Notes: a model not told the origin generated them from the letters alone. A DNA stretch of 64,000 nt from Octopus vulgaris (GCA_951406725.2 OX597814.1:96472001-96536000); one strand, 5' to 3'. Positions 10,811 to 26,767 are shown, counted from the stretch's first letter. Translations and numbers: made by a program.

Positions 10811-12985
10811 GGGGTGCTATGTCTTTTGGTCCGACGTCACTTCGTCAAACGTCTTTTCGTCCATGTCTTTTGGTCCGACGTCTTTTTGAGCGAGGATTTT
10901 TTTTCCAACGGCTTCTTGTCCAATTTTAAATAAACTCTTTAGAAAACAAAGTGAAGTATCTCTAATGATATATTCACAAAGCTATAACGAGCCTCGCTAT
11001 AGGACTGTTATTATCGTTCTTTTTAACAGTTTTACTTTCTCTTTTTCCTCCTCTCTCTTAAGTATGGTGCTGTGTATAGAGAGTGCTGCAAATTTAGTGA
11101 ACACATTTTTAATTTGCCCATCCCGAAACGACAAAGTTCATAGTATCGATTAAAAGCAAAAGAAATGTAGTTGATGAAAGTTATTGCATTTACGATTTTC
11201 ATTCAAGCAATACAAACCCAGGAGAAGAATACTGAAGATGTGAGAAAAGAAGGCTGTGTGCAGTGCAAATTCACACGGCAACGGAAAACAATGAGCCGAA
11301 AATTATTTATTTTTCTAGTGAGTACCTTCATCCAGTTGATGTAGATTCGTTAAATGCAAGAAAAGTAGTTGCAGAAGTAAAGCATGAAGCGATAGAAAAC
11401 ATAGTAACAAGTTCGCGTAGCATAATAGCAGCTAAGTTTACGCAGCTAATAAAAAATACCTGCCCTCAACTTCCTCGTTTGCCTGTACTTTCAAGGACTA
11501 TTCAAAGGTGCCGAAAACAATTATTGATTTCCCGCTAATTCGGGAGCCAGAATTTGTTTTGAAATTACTGAAGAAAATTGTATAACTTGATAACGGTGAA
11601 CAGTTTCTGAGATACGATTCGGGTAAGGAGTATCATCAGCGCATATTAGTATTTGCATCAGAAAGTGCTCTTTAGGATATAGCACCCTATCGTCATTGTG
11701 CATGTGATGAAACGTTCAAAATTGTGCCAGAACAGTAGTTTCAACTGTTTAGCATTCATGTACAAGTTAATGGTAGCAGTTTTCCACGGGTCTTTGCATT
11801 ATTTCTGAATAAAACAAAGCAGACATACAAATTATTTTTCGTGCAACTGAAAATTATGCAACCTATGGCATATCCGCTCGATCTCGTGGCAGGGCGAGCT
11901 GGCAGACACGTTAGCACGCCGGGCAAAATGCTTAGCGATATTTCGTCAGCCGTTACGTTCTGAGTTCAAATTCCGCCGAGGTCGACTTTGCCTTTCATCC
12001 TTTCGGGCTCGATAAATTAAGTACCAGTTACGCACTGGGGTCGATCTAATCGACCTAATCCCTTTGTCTCTCCTTGTATGTCTCCTCTATGTTTAGCCCA
12101 TTGTGGGCAATAAAGGAATAAGATTTCCAAGTTGCAGTTCATAGGACATTTAATTTATCATTCCCTAATTCATCTGTTGGAAATGTTTGTTTCATTTGAG
12201 TCCATTTGTTTTTCGAAAAATTACAGATTTAGGCATTAAAGAAACAAACAATAAAAACTCTGAATTCTGTCTTAAAATTCGATGTTTTTCAGAATTAGCC
12301 TTCCTACACGTTGAAAATGTCGTAGACGCCTATGAAGAATTAATAGACGATGAAGAAATACCTGCTGAATTCATCGCTTACTTCGACTGGTCTTATAAAG
12401 TCGTTGTGAGAGGACGTGTTGCTAGACGAAGGAGAGAACCACTTACATTCCCGATATCTGTATGGAATCAGCGTATTCTTCAAGCTGTTCTTAGAACAAA
12501 TAATATTGCGGAGGGGTTTTCATTCTGCGATAAAGCGTTCGGCGGGTGGAGCGCATTTGAATATTTGGAAATTAATCAAAACTTTGAAGGAAGAAGAAAG
12601 TGAAATGACTCAAATTCTTCGAGAAGATTCGTCAAATTCATGTACACGATATCGAAGAATGCCTCAAAAGATTGGTCATTGAATATGGGTCAGCAAGAAA
12701 AATTGAGTGTAGCATATAATTTGCATCAATTTTAAGTGATCATATCATTAGTTACATCTTATTACTTTTTAAAAATGTCTTCTTTTTAAATACATTTTTC
12801 CACAGTATTTTACTTGAATAATATGAATAAAATCCCCAGTGATTATTTGATTTGATGTTCACCTTGTTTTCTAAAGAGTTTTTTTTTAATTGGACAAGAA
12901 GTCGTTGGACAAAAAAAGACGTCGAACCAAAAGACGTGGACGAAGTGACGTTGGACAAAGTGACATCGGGCGAAAAGTGGGGTCA
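10811..12985 (+). mobile_element. Decayed Mutator-like (MULE) DNA transposon
   Basis: subterminal repeats gtcttttggtccgacgtc, inverted as gacgtcgaaccaaaagac; FLYWCH-like remnant near 11230-11280; CDETFKIVP..FQLFSIH and CLFHL motifs; SINE A at 11888-12120. Confidence 0.85.
11888..12120 (+). mobile_element. SINE family A inserted in the MULE
   Basis: ggcgagctggcagacacgttagcacgccgggc...gagttcaaattccgccgaggtcgactttgcc. Confidence 0.85.
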
Positions 12986-13569
12986 CAAGCTATAGTTTCG
13001 TTGTATGAAGAACTTATATAACTTAATTTTACTTATGTGCTATGTGCATCCTTTCTTCTTCTATAATATGATTCAGGAACTTCAAAATTTTACAGCAAAC
13101 TAATGTACCTATTCATTATCTATAAGAAATAAAGTAAGAAGTCCATAAACCATCAGTAAATACTTAACATGTTCTGAATCCCGGGAATAAGTCATTTTTA
13201 ATCCCACCTTTTGGTTGTACAATTACAAATAAGCCACCAATATTGTTTATAATTTTCACTTTATCGTTTATGAAATCAGCGTGTGATTTCAACGGATTTC
13301 TTATAAACTGACAAGGTGAACTGAGTTAAATCCTAGGCACGGTGAGAAACACTGAGGAGCATTAAAATGCGTAATCGTCGATGATCTGGCTATGTTCGCT
13401 GCTAGAGGGCGCTTGCTTCTCTTGTCAGTCATTAAGATAGTACTTTCCGTGGTTATTGTTTTGACTCTTATTTCTAGCAATACTGGTACTAATTAGTGCC
13501 CTTTGTCACTTTAGTGACGTCTATATATATATATGTGTGTGTATGTGTGTATACACATATATATATATG

Positions 13570-13613
<44 letters not shown>

Positions 13614-14007
13614 GGTATATATGTATGTAGGTATATATATATATGTAGGTATATATGTATGTATATATATATATATATCTATATATGCATGTACATATAT
13701 ATATATATATATATATACACACATGTGTATGTAAGTATATTTATATATATACATATATATTTATCCTTATATGTCATGAAAGAATCATCTAAAATTCTGT
13801 TAAGTTGAAGAAGAGCGCAAACAGGATCCTCGCCAGTTAAAAATGATTTTTCCCAGACGAAAAGCTCTAAACAACTCGTAACTTTTTCCCCTCCCTCCCG
13901 GTTACTTATGTCATCTACGTCAAACTTACCTTGTGAATATATTCACCAATATGCTTTCAGTAAAAAAACATCTGTGGCGAGGAAACGTATTTATGTGCTT
14001 TTATTTT

Positions 14008-14071
<64 letters not shown>

Positions 14072-14324
14072 TATATATATATATATACATAGAATACAAC
14101 TATTCCCCCTCGTGTTAAAAAAATAATTTTTGTTGAGACTTCGATATTTTTTCAATCTACAGAGAAAGTTGTTATACTTTTATGTCTACGACGTATGTTT
14201 ACGTGTATACATACAGAAATTTAACGCATGTTTAACCCTTTCTCAGTATTTTTCATATATATATATATAAATATAAGTATCTTGTTTCATATTTATGTAT
14301 ATACTATATATATATATATATACA

Positions 14325-15414
14325 TCTTTATATATATAAAACTGAGTACGTGTGTCTGTCTGTCTGTCTGTTTCCCTAAAACTTGAGAACTACACAACCA
14401 ATTTCATTCAAATTTTACGCATGCCTTACTTAGGGTCCGGGGAGTGTCATCGGCAAAAAAATTTTGAACTTTTTGCCTAGGGCGAGCCCACAGCAATATC
14501 ATATCTTCTCCACTACGATTCCCTAAAACTTGAGAACTACACAACCAATTCCATTCAAATTTTACACATGCCTTACTTAGGGTCCATGTAGTTTCATGGG
14601 CAAAAAAATGTTCAACTTCTTGCCTAGAGCGAGCCCATAGCAATATCATATCTTCTCCACTATTTCAGTATTACGTGTTAAAAGTGAAACAAAAACGTTT
14701 CTCTATTTTATGTCAGATACTTTCACTTTAACAATAAAAATAATAATAATAATAATTGAATTATATGTAGTAAGTAATAATTAAAATCAAACTAAAGTAT
14801 AATATAATCGTAACATAACAAAAGTAAAAATAGCAATTGGTATAAATTGCATCAATGATTTGAATTTGAATAAGTGGTTTCACATGAATGGGAATAAATT
14901 AAAAATAAAATTAGCGTGCAGAAATGGAATAGTCCAGATGGATAATCGAGAAAAATTAAATTGCGCCAGACTTCACGGTCCATCATAAAGACTATTGTCT
15001 GTATCCCTGGAGATTACATCAGGGTAAGTATACAATAAATTAGAGAAAAAAGAAGATTTAGAGAAAAAGAAGACACACATGGAGGAAAGCACCTTCGAAA
15101 AGTGTCTTGGTGCGACTATGAAAGGTATCTAATCAGAGGCGGTAAATTCGCCACAATAGAAGTAAGGTTCGAATCAACGGAGCGTGCAAGGGAGTACTCG
15201 ACTCGAACTTGCAAAGTGGAAATATTTTATTTTACCTTTATATCTGGGACGTAGGACGTCCTGCACTAGCGATATCAAGATATAACTTTGTGTTTTGTAT
15301 TTTATGTGTAGATGTATATATATATAGATGTACATGTAATATGTACACATATATATATACACATATATACATGCACTAGCACTATGACCCGGCAACGACG
15401 GGTCTTTAATGCTA

Positions 15415-15415
<1 letters not shown>
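14325..15415 (+). mobile_element. Non-autonomous Helitron-like element
   Basis: A^TC 5' end; 3' hairpin gacccg-gcaacga-cgggtc (15386-15404) followed by CTAG^T; internal ~146-bp tandem duplication (about 14371-14660). Confidence 0.75.
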
Positions 15416-15446
<31 letters not shown>

Positions 15447-15667
15447 CAAAATATCAGGGAATAAATCCAAACTTACAGGGAAAAATCAGATTTAGGATTA
15501 AATCCAATTCTATAGTAAAATATTATATTATATTAAATTAGAGATAAAACCACTATTAGGCAAATCAAACAATGAAAAACTTAAGCCAATACATAAAATT
15601 AATTAATTTATATTATTTTAAATATATATCAAAAGTATTAAAAGTTTAATAAAAGATAATGAGTAAA

Positions 15668-15738
15668 ACACTACGATCGTTTCATGGCTGTCCAATTCGT
15701 AATAATTCGAGTTATGGTTACAGTCAATCTTCAGGTAA
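15668..15738 (-). ncRNA. Type I hammerhead in an AT-rich TA-flanked element (about 15445-16260)
   Basis: reverse complement: ttac CTGAAGA t-tgactgt...acagcca-t GAAA cgatcg TA gtg; palindromic stem III; short stem I. Confidence 0.6.
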
Positions 15739-18700
15739 TTGAAATATCTAAAATATAATCAGAAATATTTAAACAATATTTTTAAGATATAAATAATATA
15801 ATAATTTTACTTATAATAAACTCTATTATCAAACTAGAAACATAGAACTTAACAATTATGATTATATCAAAATCGACTATAATGTTAAATATTAATTTTA
15901 ATTTATAAGGTAGGAAACCCACCCATAATCTAATATCGGTATTAGTCTTTATCTAATTACATAAATATTTAAAATGACTAATATATATAAATTATCAATG
16001 AAAATATATAAATGTATATAAATATTATAATTAAGATCTAAAATAATCTCTATAACATATAAATAAATGTATATGCACATATAATAAAAACCTAATAAAT
16101 TTATTTTTTCATATTTAAAGATGAAATAGTTAATTTCAAAATACAAATAAACAAACTTAAACGAACTTTCGGAAATCTTATGTAAAATACTTTTAGAAAT
16201 AATCAATTCGTAGTAATATAGTATCGAATAAATACTATAAATACTATAAATATAATTATATATATATATTATTTTACTTGTTTCAGTCATTTAGCTGTGG
16301 CCATAGGCATATATATATATATATATATATATATACGCAGGTGTATTTGTAAATGTATATGTATATATGTATATGAGTGTATGTGTATATTTATAAGTAA
16401 ATACACATACATATGTAGACATATTTACATACCTATACATGTACACATACATAGTTAATACCAAATAATACTATAAATGATATATAAAGCATTAAAGATG
16501 ATCTTGCAACATCACAGGTATGTACCTGTCTTCTCGCACGCTTTTGTATGTGTGTCATAATCAAATGTTAGTTTTATTCATAGTCCTGCATGTATTTACA
16601 GGAAATATATAACTCAGTATGAATACGCATCTCATTCCTCTTTCATCAGATAAGGCTGGAAGCTAAAGTTGATCTAAATGCGGTATTTGCGAAAACAACT
16701 TGTAGGAATGTGTTTCAAGGGAATCCCTCAAACATTTGCTGAGTTTTGTTGGCTGTTTCCTTTTCAACATAAAGCTGTGAAACAATAAAACCTGTCATCC
16801 TATTGAAATTGCCGCTGATGCCCTTGTTTCTAACATTCTATTTTGCCATTGGCCACGTCTTACCAAATAATGCTTTAATGTTTTAATTCTTGACGGTGTT
16901 TTGGCAAATGAAGTTTTAATTGCAAAATCTTGTCTTCGTCCTTGAGGATTCTATGTGCACGACGATCTCCCATCTATCTGTGCCTCTCTCTCTCTCTCTT
17001 TTAAATTTTTTTTTAATAAATCCTCATACAAAAGGGGAATTCTCCTGCATATATTGATTACATGGGCTCCGGATATCAGCGTTATGGGAAGGAGGTGTGA
17101 GAGGGTTTATTGTTTCATATCTTGCTCATGGTTAAGAAAATAGTTACAAACGGAAATAGAAATAAGTTTACAGCAAATTTGCATCTCCTGCAATATATTT
17201 TGATATTCCATTCATTTACTCTTCTAAAACCTTGAAATATACTTGAATCGTAGATTTTGAAAGCCGTTGATATGGTCCAGAGGAAAGAAAGAGTAGATAC
17301 AGTAATAAGTACAGGTTAACATTCCTATGGCTACTTTTCCTGTGACCTAAATTCCGTTATTTTGTATCAATGTGCACTATATTGAATAAAAGTAACATTG
17401 ACCCTGTGTATTATAGATTTTTGATGCATTTTGAAGACTCGCAACCTATCTGAATTCTACCTTAAAACTATTGAGTTGCATAGCTACGGAAAATTAAAAT
17501 CCTATATGTAAGGAGAGGTATCCCTAAATCAATAACCTTTGATAGGTTTATGTTTTTGCCTAAACAGATAACACCTGATACAAACAAACCAAATGTACTT
17601 TTAAAAGCTCCATATTAGTAACTGTAGTAAAATAAAGCTGGAAAAGATGTAAAGATAGAAATGGAAAAATATAGAAGTGAATTGCCACTCGACTGAGAAA
17701 AACGCAGCTTTAACTTCAGTTGTTGGGAAACTCATGTTTCTTTAGATCGTAGTGTATCTGGAAATAATAGACAGACGTAAATATTAACTGACCAAAGGAC
17801 TTAACATTAGGTAGTCATAACACTTTGAAGAGGCGTTAAGAGTTAAATTATTGATATATGATCAATAAAAAGGATTTTAATTAAATCGTTTGTATTATGC
17901 TTGAACATGTTATTTAAACATTGTCTTCATCTGATGGATTTCGGCAGCCATACTTTATCTATTCCTTCAATTGTGTATCAATTACTACGCACAATGAAAA
18001 TTTTCACTCGTTTAATGGTTCTATAATTATTAATAACTTCACATACCGTGACCTTGTTAACCAAGATAAACATAATTGTGTTTGCTATTTGAGGCTATAT
18101 TTGAGCCAAAGAAAAAAAACATTTATTTATTTAATGGAAAGTTATGCGCATAAAGTTATCGTATAAAGAAGATTGTTTAAATGCAATCTAATATGATTTT
18201 CGAGCCACAACGTTTTTGATAAGGATACCCTATTCTTTTCATTCCTGAAATAAATGTGAACACATTTGATGCAGTTTATAATACTTCTCATCAAGGATTA
18301 GCAGCAGTTGTACGTGAGAAATTATTTTAACGTTAATTTGATGTAAAACGCATTGTATATATATATATAAAGTATACTTGAAATATAGTGTAAATTTCTT
18401 GTTATAAATAAAGTTTGCAGATGATACCAGTGGCCATAGTGGGTAAACATGCTCATAGCAGGTCAACTCCGACACAGGATTCTGTTTTCTGATTGAAACA
18501 ATTTCTTATCATGTACGCAAAAATTGAAAGGAAATTACTTCATCTTTGTTACATTATCATTTTCTTTCATTGTTCCTTTTTTTTTTGCATGAATACATTT
18601 TACATTTAAAGAGATATGTCAATTATCGAGACAAAATGTGATGAATGGATTTACTCATTCATTTAACGTCGTGTGATTTAGAGCGTTTATAAACATCTTG

Positions 18701-18886
18701 GTTAGCCAGCCAGAAAAATTCCAAATTTCATTTAGTTAACACCACTGCAGATGTTACATATTAAATAATTGCTAAGAAAAATAGAATTTTCGAGCGGTCG
18801 ATGTATAACATGACACAATTTCAGAAAATGTACAATCTAATTTCAATATCACTTTATATCTTTGTTTCGAAAAAATTAACATTATT

Positions 18887-19540
18887 TAAGGCGGTGAGCT
18901 GGCAGAATTGTTAGCACGCCGGGCAAAATGCTTAGCGGCATTTCATCAGTCTTTACATTCTGATGTTCGAATTCCGCCGAGGTCGACTTTGCCTTTCATC
19001 ATTTCGGGGTCGATAAAATAAGTACCAGTTGGACACTGGAGTCAATGTTATCAATTTACCCACTTTCCGAAATTGTTGACCATGTGTCATAATTTGAAAC
19101 CATTTAAGTCCGCGATCAGACAGAATCGTTAGCACTTTGAGCAAAGTGTTTAGTGACATTTCGTCCATGTTTACGTTCTATGTTCAAATTCCGCTAGAGT
19201 CGACTGTCTTTCATATATCCGGGGACGATAAAATAAGTACTAGATGAGCATTGAGGTCAATGAAATCGACTATTACCTCCCTAAAATGTCAAGCTTAGTG
19301 CCTATAGCAGAAGCAATTATGATTATTATTAAGATAGCGAGCTGACAGAACCGTTAGCAGGCCGGGCTAAACACTTATTTCTTTCGTCTTTACGCTGTGA
19401 GCTCGAATTCTGTAGAAGTCGACTTTGCATTTCATCCTTTCGGGGTCGATAAAATAAGTACCAGTTGAGCATTAGGGCCAATGTAATTGACTTACCTCCT
19501 CCCTCGAAATTGCTTGCCCTGTGCCAAAATTTGAAACCAT
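18887..19540 (+). mobile_element. Three head-to-tail SINE family A copies
   Basis: repeated gcagaattgttagcac/cagaatcgttagcac...gataaaataagtac units starting near 18887, 19105 and 19330. Confidence 0.8.
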
Positions 19541-20199
19541 TTTTATTAATGTTGTTGTCTGCAAGACAAAGCTGTCAACTAGGAGCTCGCAGATTATTAC
19601 TAAATTTTGTTGTTTTATACCAGGTGCTAAGCTGTAGGCTATTGTGCCGTATCGTGCTGCATTCATCTCCACCCACTAGCGGCAGACGTTTGGCCTCAGA
19701 TTGGTTGTTATATCATCTTGTTGTAAAGTCAAGTAGCATTCTTTGAAGTGAGATAGCTTTCTGAAAGTTTTGCCTCCGAAGGGACGAACTTTGAAGTTTT
19801 TAAAAGTAAAATTACATATTTTTCTAAAAAAAAAAAAAAAAAGAAATGCAATATGGCATCGCAAATCCAGGGAGCAGCTGTTCCAACAGTCAATATGTTA
19901 CCAATTTTCGACCACTACTTGTTAAGAGAGAATGCATGAATAACAATAACAATGTCGACAACAACGCCGACGAAAACCACGTTTGAAAAGAAAAAAAAAA
20001 CTGTAAATGAAATACTACTCCAGCCACCGATGTCACCATTTGTGTCAATTGAAACCAACAACTACAACAATACGCATGAAAAAAAAAAGAAAGAAAAGCT
20101 AAATTGTCAATTCAACACACCTGAAAATTCCACCTCTTCCATCTCCACTACTATAAATAGCAACACAAATGAAAATGAAGATACCGCAATTAAAATCTT

Positions 20200-22025
20200 C
20201 AAAGTTACTGGGTTCGCAAACGACTGGCGAAAGTAATTAAATAAATGTCTCAAGTATTAAAACATTCATACCTGAAGAGGTCTGGATGAAACGTAGAAGG
20301 TGCCCGTATGACACTGGATCTCCCAGTGTAATGGCCTGCAGATGGCTTTTAAGGGGTTTTCTAAGGGAGCCCAACAAAACAGAGTATGAGAACCGCTCGA
20401 CCACAAACAATACCAGGAGGGTGAGTGACACTCCCTTTTTTCCTTTCCTTACTTCCTGGCCAGCATGGTGGCTCTTAAAGTGGGTAAATGTATACGGCCT
20501 GGAGTCATCGGGGAAGCAAGGACGATTGCGCAACGACCTCAAGTTGATAATTCTGGATGTAATAGCCTTAAGTGAAACCAATTCGCGGACATACGGGCCT
20601 TGGCTCCCATTTTCGATGATTGAGATTTTCGCATCTCTTAGTCGACCGGGAGTGGGGATGGGGTGGCAGTGTTATTCAGAAAAGGCTTGGATCTCGAGAT
20701 ACAGTCGGTCTTTCTGGAACCGGAAGGTAAGTCGATGGTCCTGGACGTGAATGGTAACAAAGACAGTGCATTTAGACTGGTCGCAGTGTACTCACCGACT
20801 GGAGCAGGGCAGCCGGTGTTCTTCAGATGCCTAGAGGCCTTTCTAGGGACGTATCGCTTCTTAGTGGAACACCATTTTTAGATGCACGTATAGATTGGGT
20901 GGGACAGGCGGATAGGAAAGGGGGAGTGCGTAAGCCTCGCAAACCTTCTCAGTCGTTTCCAGCTGGCGGACAGGTTCAGACTGGATTTCCCGAATACTCC
21001 AGTGTGGACATGGGTTAACAGTGTCGGGTCATCCACATCTTATCTAGATAGGATATTTTGTAGGCCAGTAGATAGGAACTGCATAAATTGCATTGTCAGA
21101 GCTAGGGTGCGTGCTCTAAAGCAGGAGGGGACGAAAATCGTTCGATGGACCCGGGTTGCCAAAGCACAACATGATAATAAAACTACAATTCAGTCTTTGA
21201 GGGGTCGGGACGGATGCTTCACAAATCGTAGCAGATTTGTGCGGAATTTCGGCGGCACTTTGCTGAATTGTGCGGGAATCGTGGTGGCCCGGTGGAAGAG
21301 GTGAACTTCACTTCCTACCTTGATGGTATGCCGCGGCTTTCGGTCAGGGAGGCGAAGTTCTGCTAAATGCCAATAACAGCTGAAGATATACGTGACGAGT
21401 TGGCTAGTTGCACGAAGGAGAGGTCTCCAGGATTGGATGGTCTGCCCTTCGAGCTTTATCTACATATGCCAGATTCGTTTGGTGAGTTTTTGTGAGACGT
21501 CTATCGCAAATGGCAGCAGAATGGGAGAATATCCGGATCTGGGAGCCGAGGTGTGGTGACGCTACTGAGAAAGGATCCGAACAAGGAGGAGTATTGTTGA
21601 TAACTTTAGGCCCGTAACTCTGCTAAATACAGATTACAAAATTTTGGCCAAGTTTTTAACATTACCCACCAGTCTGTCGTTGACATACTGGTGGGTGATG
21701 CACAGACTTGCGCTATCCCCAGCAGAACTATATACGACAACCTCCACCTCACATCATAGAGAGGGCTGGCAAAGAACTTGGCATGGGTGAGGTCCTGATC
21801 CATTTGGATCAATCGAAATCTTTTAATAGGGATGACAATCTGTACGTGGAGGCTGTCCCCAAGGCGGCTGGTTTCGGTCCCGTTTTCAGAGGCTAGATCG
21901 CTGCAATGTGACATCCTTTCGGTGGTCAAAGTAAATGGCCACCTCTCGGAATCGTTTAAAATCGCACACTCGGTCCGTCAAGGATGCTCACTCTCACCCC
22001 TTCTCTACGTACTGGCACTCAAGCC

Positions 22026-22027
<2 letters not shown>
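20200..22027 (+). pseudogene. Decayed Tx1/L1-clade LINE (AP endonuclease plus RT)
   Basis: DVIALSET, FRLVAVYSP, WTW...SYLDRIF, SPGLDGLPFELY, NFRPVTLLNTDYKILAK, LDQSKSFNR, SVRQGCSLSPLLYVLAL. Confidence 0.9.
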
Positions 22028-22079
<52 letters not shown>

Positions 22080-22080
22080 G

Positions 22081-22767
<687 letters not shown>

Positions 22768-23140
22768 CGGGCGAAATGCTTAGCGGTATTTTGCCCGTCT
22801 TTACGTTCTGCGTTCAAATTCCGCTTTCAAATTCTGCGTCGACTTTGCTTTTCATCCTTTTGGGGTCGATTAAATAATTGCCAGTTACTTAATCTCCTCC
22901 CCCAAGATGCCTTTGTAGCAAAAAATTGAAATAATGATAATTATTATTACTACTCCGGGCAAAATGTTTAACAACATTTCGTCCGTCTTCAACGTTCGAT
23001 GTTCAAATTCCGCTGAGGTCAATTTTGCTTTTCATCCTTTCGGAGGTTGATAAAATAAGTACCACTTGAGCACTGGGATCGATCCAATCGACTGACCCCA
23101 TTCCTGAAATTGCTGGCTTTGTACCAAAATTTGAAATCGA
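22768..23140 (+). mobile_element. Two 5'-truncated SINE A copies
   Basis: ccgggcgaaatgcttagcgg and ccgggcaaaatg...gttcaaattccgc...gtcgactttgc. Confidence 0.75.
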
Positions 23141-23512
23141 TATTAACAGTTCATGCCGCTAAGAATTTCAGCAAGTTTTTGAAACTTGTGAGGACTAAAA
23201 TCCAAAAGCTCCACAACATATTCGGATGTCAGAAACTTGGATTTATGCAATGTGAACTGTTTAGACTAAAAGTCACCTCAGCGTTATCAACAATCAAACA
23301 AGTACCTCCTCTTGTCTTCGGCCCCAACTCCTGAGGGAGTACAAGGGGCGTCGTTTTAAGGCCTGGTGGAACCCGACACTCTCAGGTCTGATCACAACCG
23401 ATTTCCTCCAGAAAGAGCGAGCGTGTGTACGAGAGGGAGAGAGGGAGAGAGGGAGAGAGGGGGAGTGAGAGAGAGAGAGAGAGAGTGAGTGAGAGAGGGA
23501 GAGAGAGAGTGT

Positions 23513-23551
<39 letters not shown>

Positions 23552-25669
23552 AGAGAGGGAGAGAGGGAGGGAGAGAGTGAGAGAGAGAGTGAGAGAGAGA
23601 AAAGAATCAATCATTGCACGCACCCAGAATGGACGGAAGGCAAAGTTGACAAAGCCATTATTTGAACTCAGAGCGCAAAGAACCAGAACGATTGCTGCAA
23701 CAGAATCTATCCGGCATTCTATCGATCTTACTAATTGAGCAAGCAGAAATAAATAAAAACCCAGATTTCTCAATGGTTACAGCACTTCCCTTTTTTACTT
23801 TACTTCATTAAAAAATGCCACTAGTTGGAAGTATTAAACATTCAAGCTCCAACACCTACAGCTTCTAATACATGTATATCCCTCAAAACTTCGATTTTTT
23901 TAAAGTTATTAAATTTAGTAATTAACTTTTGGTTGCTCACTAAATGTTTTGGAGACTGTCAATTTTGAATTATGTACAGGGCGCGAGGTGGTTGGTTTCC
24001 ATAAGTTTTTTGTTTGTTTCCTTTCGAAATTAGATGGGAGAAGTGAAGAGGACATTCTTCCTTTGCTTATTTACTAACTAAGAAAGGAATAAGCAGTAAA
24101 AGTCACACTTTTAGAAGTGGTGTAGCAAAAAGTGCAAACTGCAGCGTTCGTAGAGCAGACAACGTTACGTGACATAAACTTCTCGGCTGTAAAAGGAGGT
24201 CATATGAATGGGGACAGAAAGATAACATGCGGCTCTGATTGTGTGGCTGTTCTAAACAGCACTAACATTACAGCATTACTACAAGCAATAGTATCAAAAT
24301 TAATATCCTCTGAAGTAGAGAAAAAGTTAGTACAACAGCAACAGTCAGTAGCAGCAATAATAACAAGACAGTAAAAACTAAAGAAATTACGAGTGAAGTA
24401 GTAGTGATAATAGCATCACCATATCACTATCATTATCAGCAACATCATTAGCAGCTGAAAGAACAATTGTTACAACAATAATATATTAAAATACGGTTAC
24501 TACATCGTCTTCGAAGTGTCCTCCGTGTTATGAAGGTTGTTAAATACACCGGCACTTAAATATGACAATGCGGAAGATTCGCTTGCTCGACTTACCTGAA
24601 ATAACTGACAAATATCTATCAATTTACGGTTCTAGCATCTTTTTTTTAAAAAAGCCCACACTAAACAATGTAGTCTTAGATGTACAATATCGTGGCTGGA
24701 GTGCCTCTGATCATATAACTATTCAATCAGGGTTCATTAAGGGATCGACTTGGACAACTGACGCTTCAAATTATGAAGACAGTTTGTAAAGAGGAAAGAA
24801 GTATAACGTTTTTGAATGTTATAGGAAAGAAGTATAACGTTTTTGAATGTTAAGTATGTGTCCAGTTCCTAAAACGCCTCACTGATAATAAAACATATTG
24901 ACAATCATTCTCCTACTTTTATAAATGGACTGTAAGCGCAACGTGGCTGGTGGGGAAACAAGAGCGAGACAAAGAAAATATTTTGATGCTAGAAGGAAGG
25001 GAATTAAATGACTTCTCAAAGCAAACATAAAAAGAAAAATTTGCTGATATAAGCAATATCAGCAGTCTAGAGAAGAATCAAGCAAATCTTGAAAGGTAAC
25101 AAAGTACTTTGAATTGACAAAACCATCTCCACGCTTATGTTCTATCGAGAATCTAAAACATCTAAGCCGGAATCAAAGTCGCTGTCTCCCAATTCTAAAT
25201 ACAATTTTGCCGCAGGTCCGAGTGTTTATAGCCTGGTGATCTTAGTTAACTTAACCTAACATGAGTTCTAAGCGTGTTTAAATTGCAAGTTGGTCAAGTC
25301 CGCTATTGAATATCTGTCAGATAAACTCAGTTAAGCTAGCTGGCAATACTGATAATTGGTTTATACAGAACTACCGCTGCGTAGGTAAATTAATGTGAAA
25401 CATATTTAACACGAGGAGCTTCAGTAGGTTAATTATGCGGCGAAGAAAAGACATTCATTATCCATTGAATAAATGGTTACAACTCTTTCGGTAAATATGG
25501 GAATTAACTTGAGACATATTCTAGTATTATTGTATACTCGTAAACGAAACGTTGAATAACACTTGAACGAAAAAGTTATTACATTATTTAGTAAACCGTT
25601 ACATTTATTTATGGTTTAACCAAGAGAAAAAAGGCAGTCTCCTCCGTTATTGGTAATATTGATTCAATT

Positions 25670-26560
25670 AAGGTTCTTATTGGACTTCTTGAGATAAAAC
25701 GCAGACAGGAAAATAATTCCAGAGGGTTGACGTTCTAAGGAGGAAGAATTAAGAGAAAGAGCTAGTGCAAGGTCCCTGTGGGGAACTACAGTAAGAGTCA
25801 GAAGTCATAGACGAGGTGGTGGGGCGCATGTTCCGAATGATCTTAGAAGTAAGTACGCGGAGATAGTATACAACTAGTTAGTTAAGAGGATGGGTGGGGG
25901 CGGCTGTGAGAGTATCGCTACAAAGATTAGAATGAGAAGGCAGCTCGTCTCTAAACCAGAGATTTCGCGTTAGTGGGTAAGTCTTTGCTATGACCCTGCT
26001 GGATGATATTTTCCTAGTATCTGACCATGGGGGCAGTTCTTGGTGTTAAGAAATATGTTTTTATTGCTGTTTAGCGTACGGTCATCCTATAATCAAAAAC
26101 ATTCCATCCATGGTATCTCATTGTTTTTTTTTTTCCTGAGTACATTAAAACCAGGACCAAGTTATCTAAGGTATTTTTTTCTTGAACATTAAGATGGGAT
26201 TTGGTTAGTATTTCTATGAGGTTGTGTAATTATGTTGAGCTCCCTCGTTGGCTCGTTAAATTGCCTGTAGATGACGTACATCTGTGTGGAAAAGGTGAAG
26301 TAGGATTGAGGATTGGATTTTATCTAATTAGGAATGAGCGTTATTAGAGGTGGCAGCAAGCATGCCGTTAATTTACAAGAGGAAGAACGTTGGTGAGCGT
26401 GAAGGATATTACTGAACCTCGTATGGCTGTGCGATCTGAAGTTTCATATTTAAAAAGAATGAGAGGAAGATGGAACCAATAGACGGGCAGTTTAGTATAA
26501 GAGTTATCGTGCCAGATATGGTGAAAAGCTTTGCTGAAGTCCAGTGCAACGACATTTCTA
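25670..26560 (-). pseudogene. Decayed Jockey/CR1-group LINE RT fragment
   Basis: reverse complement near 26545 reads ALDFSKAFHHIWHD (LDxSKAFDxVxH motif); RTSTLWN-like C-terminal motif near 25730. Confidence 0.6.
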
Positions 26561-26767
26561 CTATTGAAATGATTAATGCAAAGTAGGACTGTGGACTAAT
26601 TACTTTTCAATACTTAGCACCATATCCAGCTTTCTGTGGTCGAATCCGACAGAAAAAAAAAAAGTATACATTTTCTCCTCCGAGTTCAATGAAATAATTA
26701 ACGGTTAAGTACTAAGATCAATTAATTAGTTTCACTTCAGTGGTATAGAAATAATAACAACAACAAC

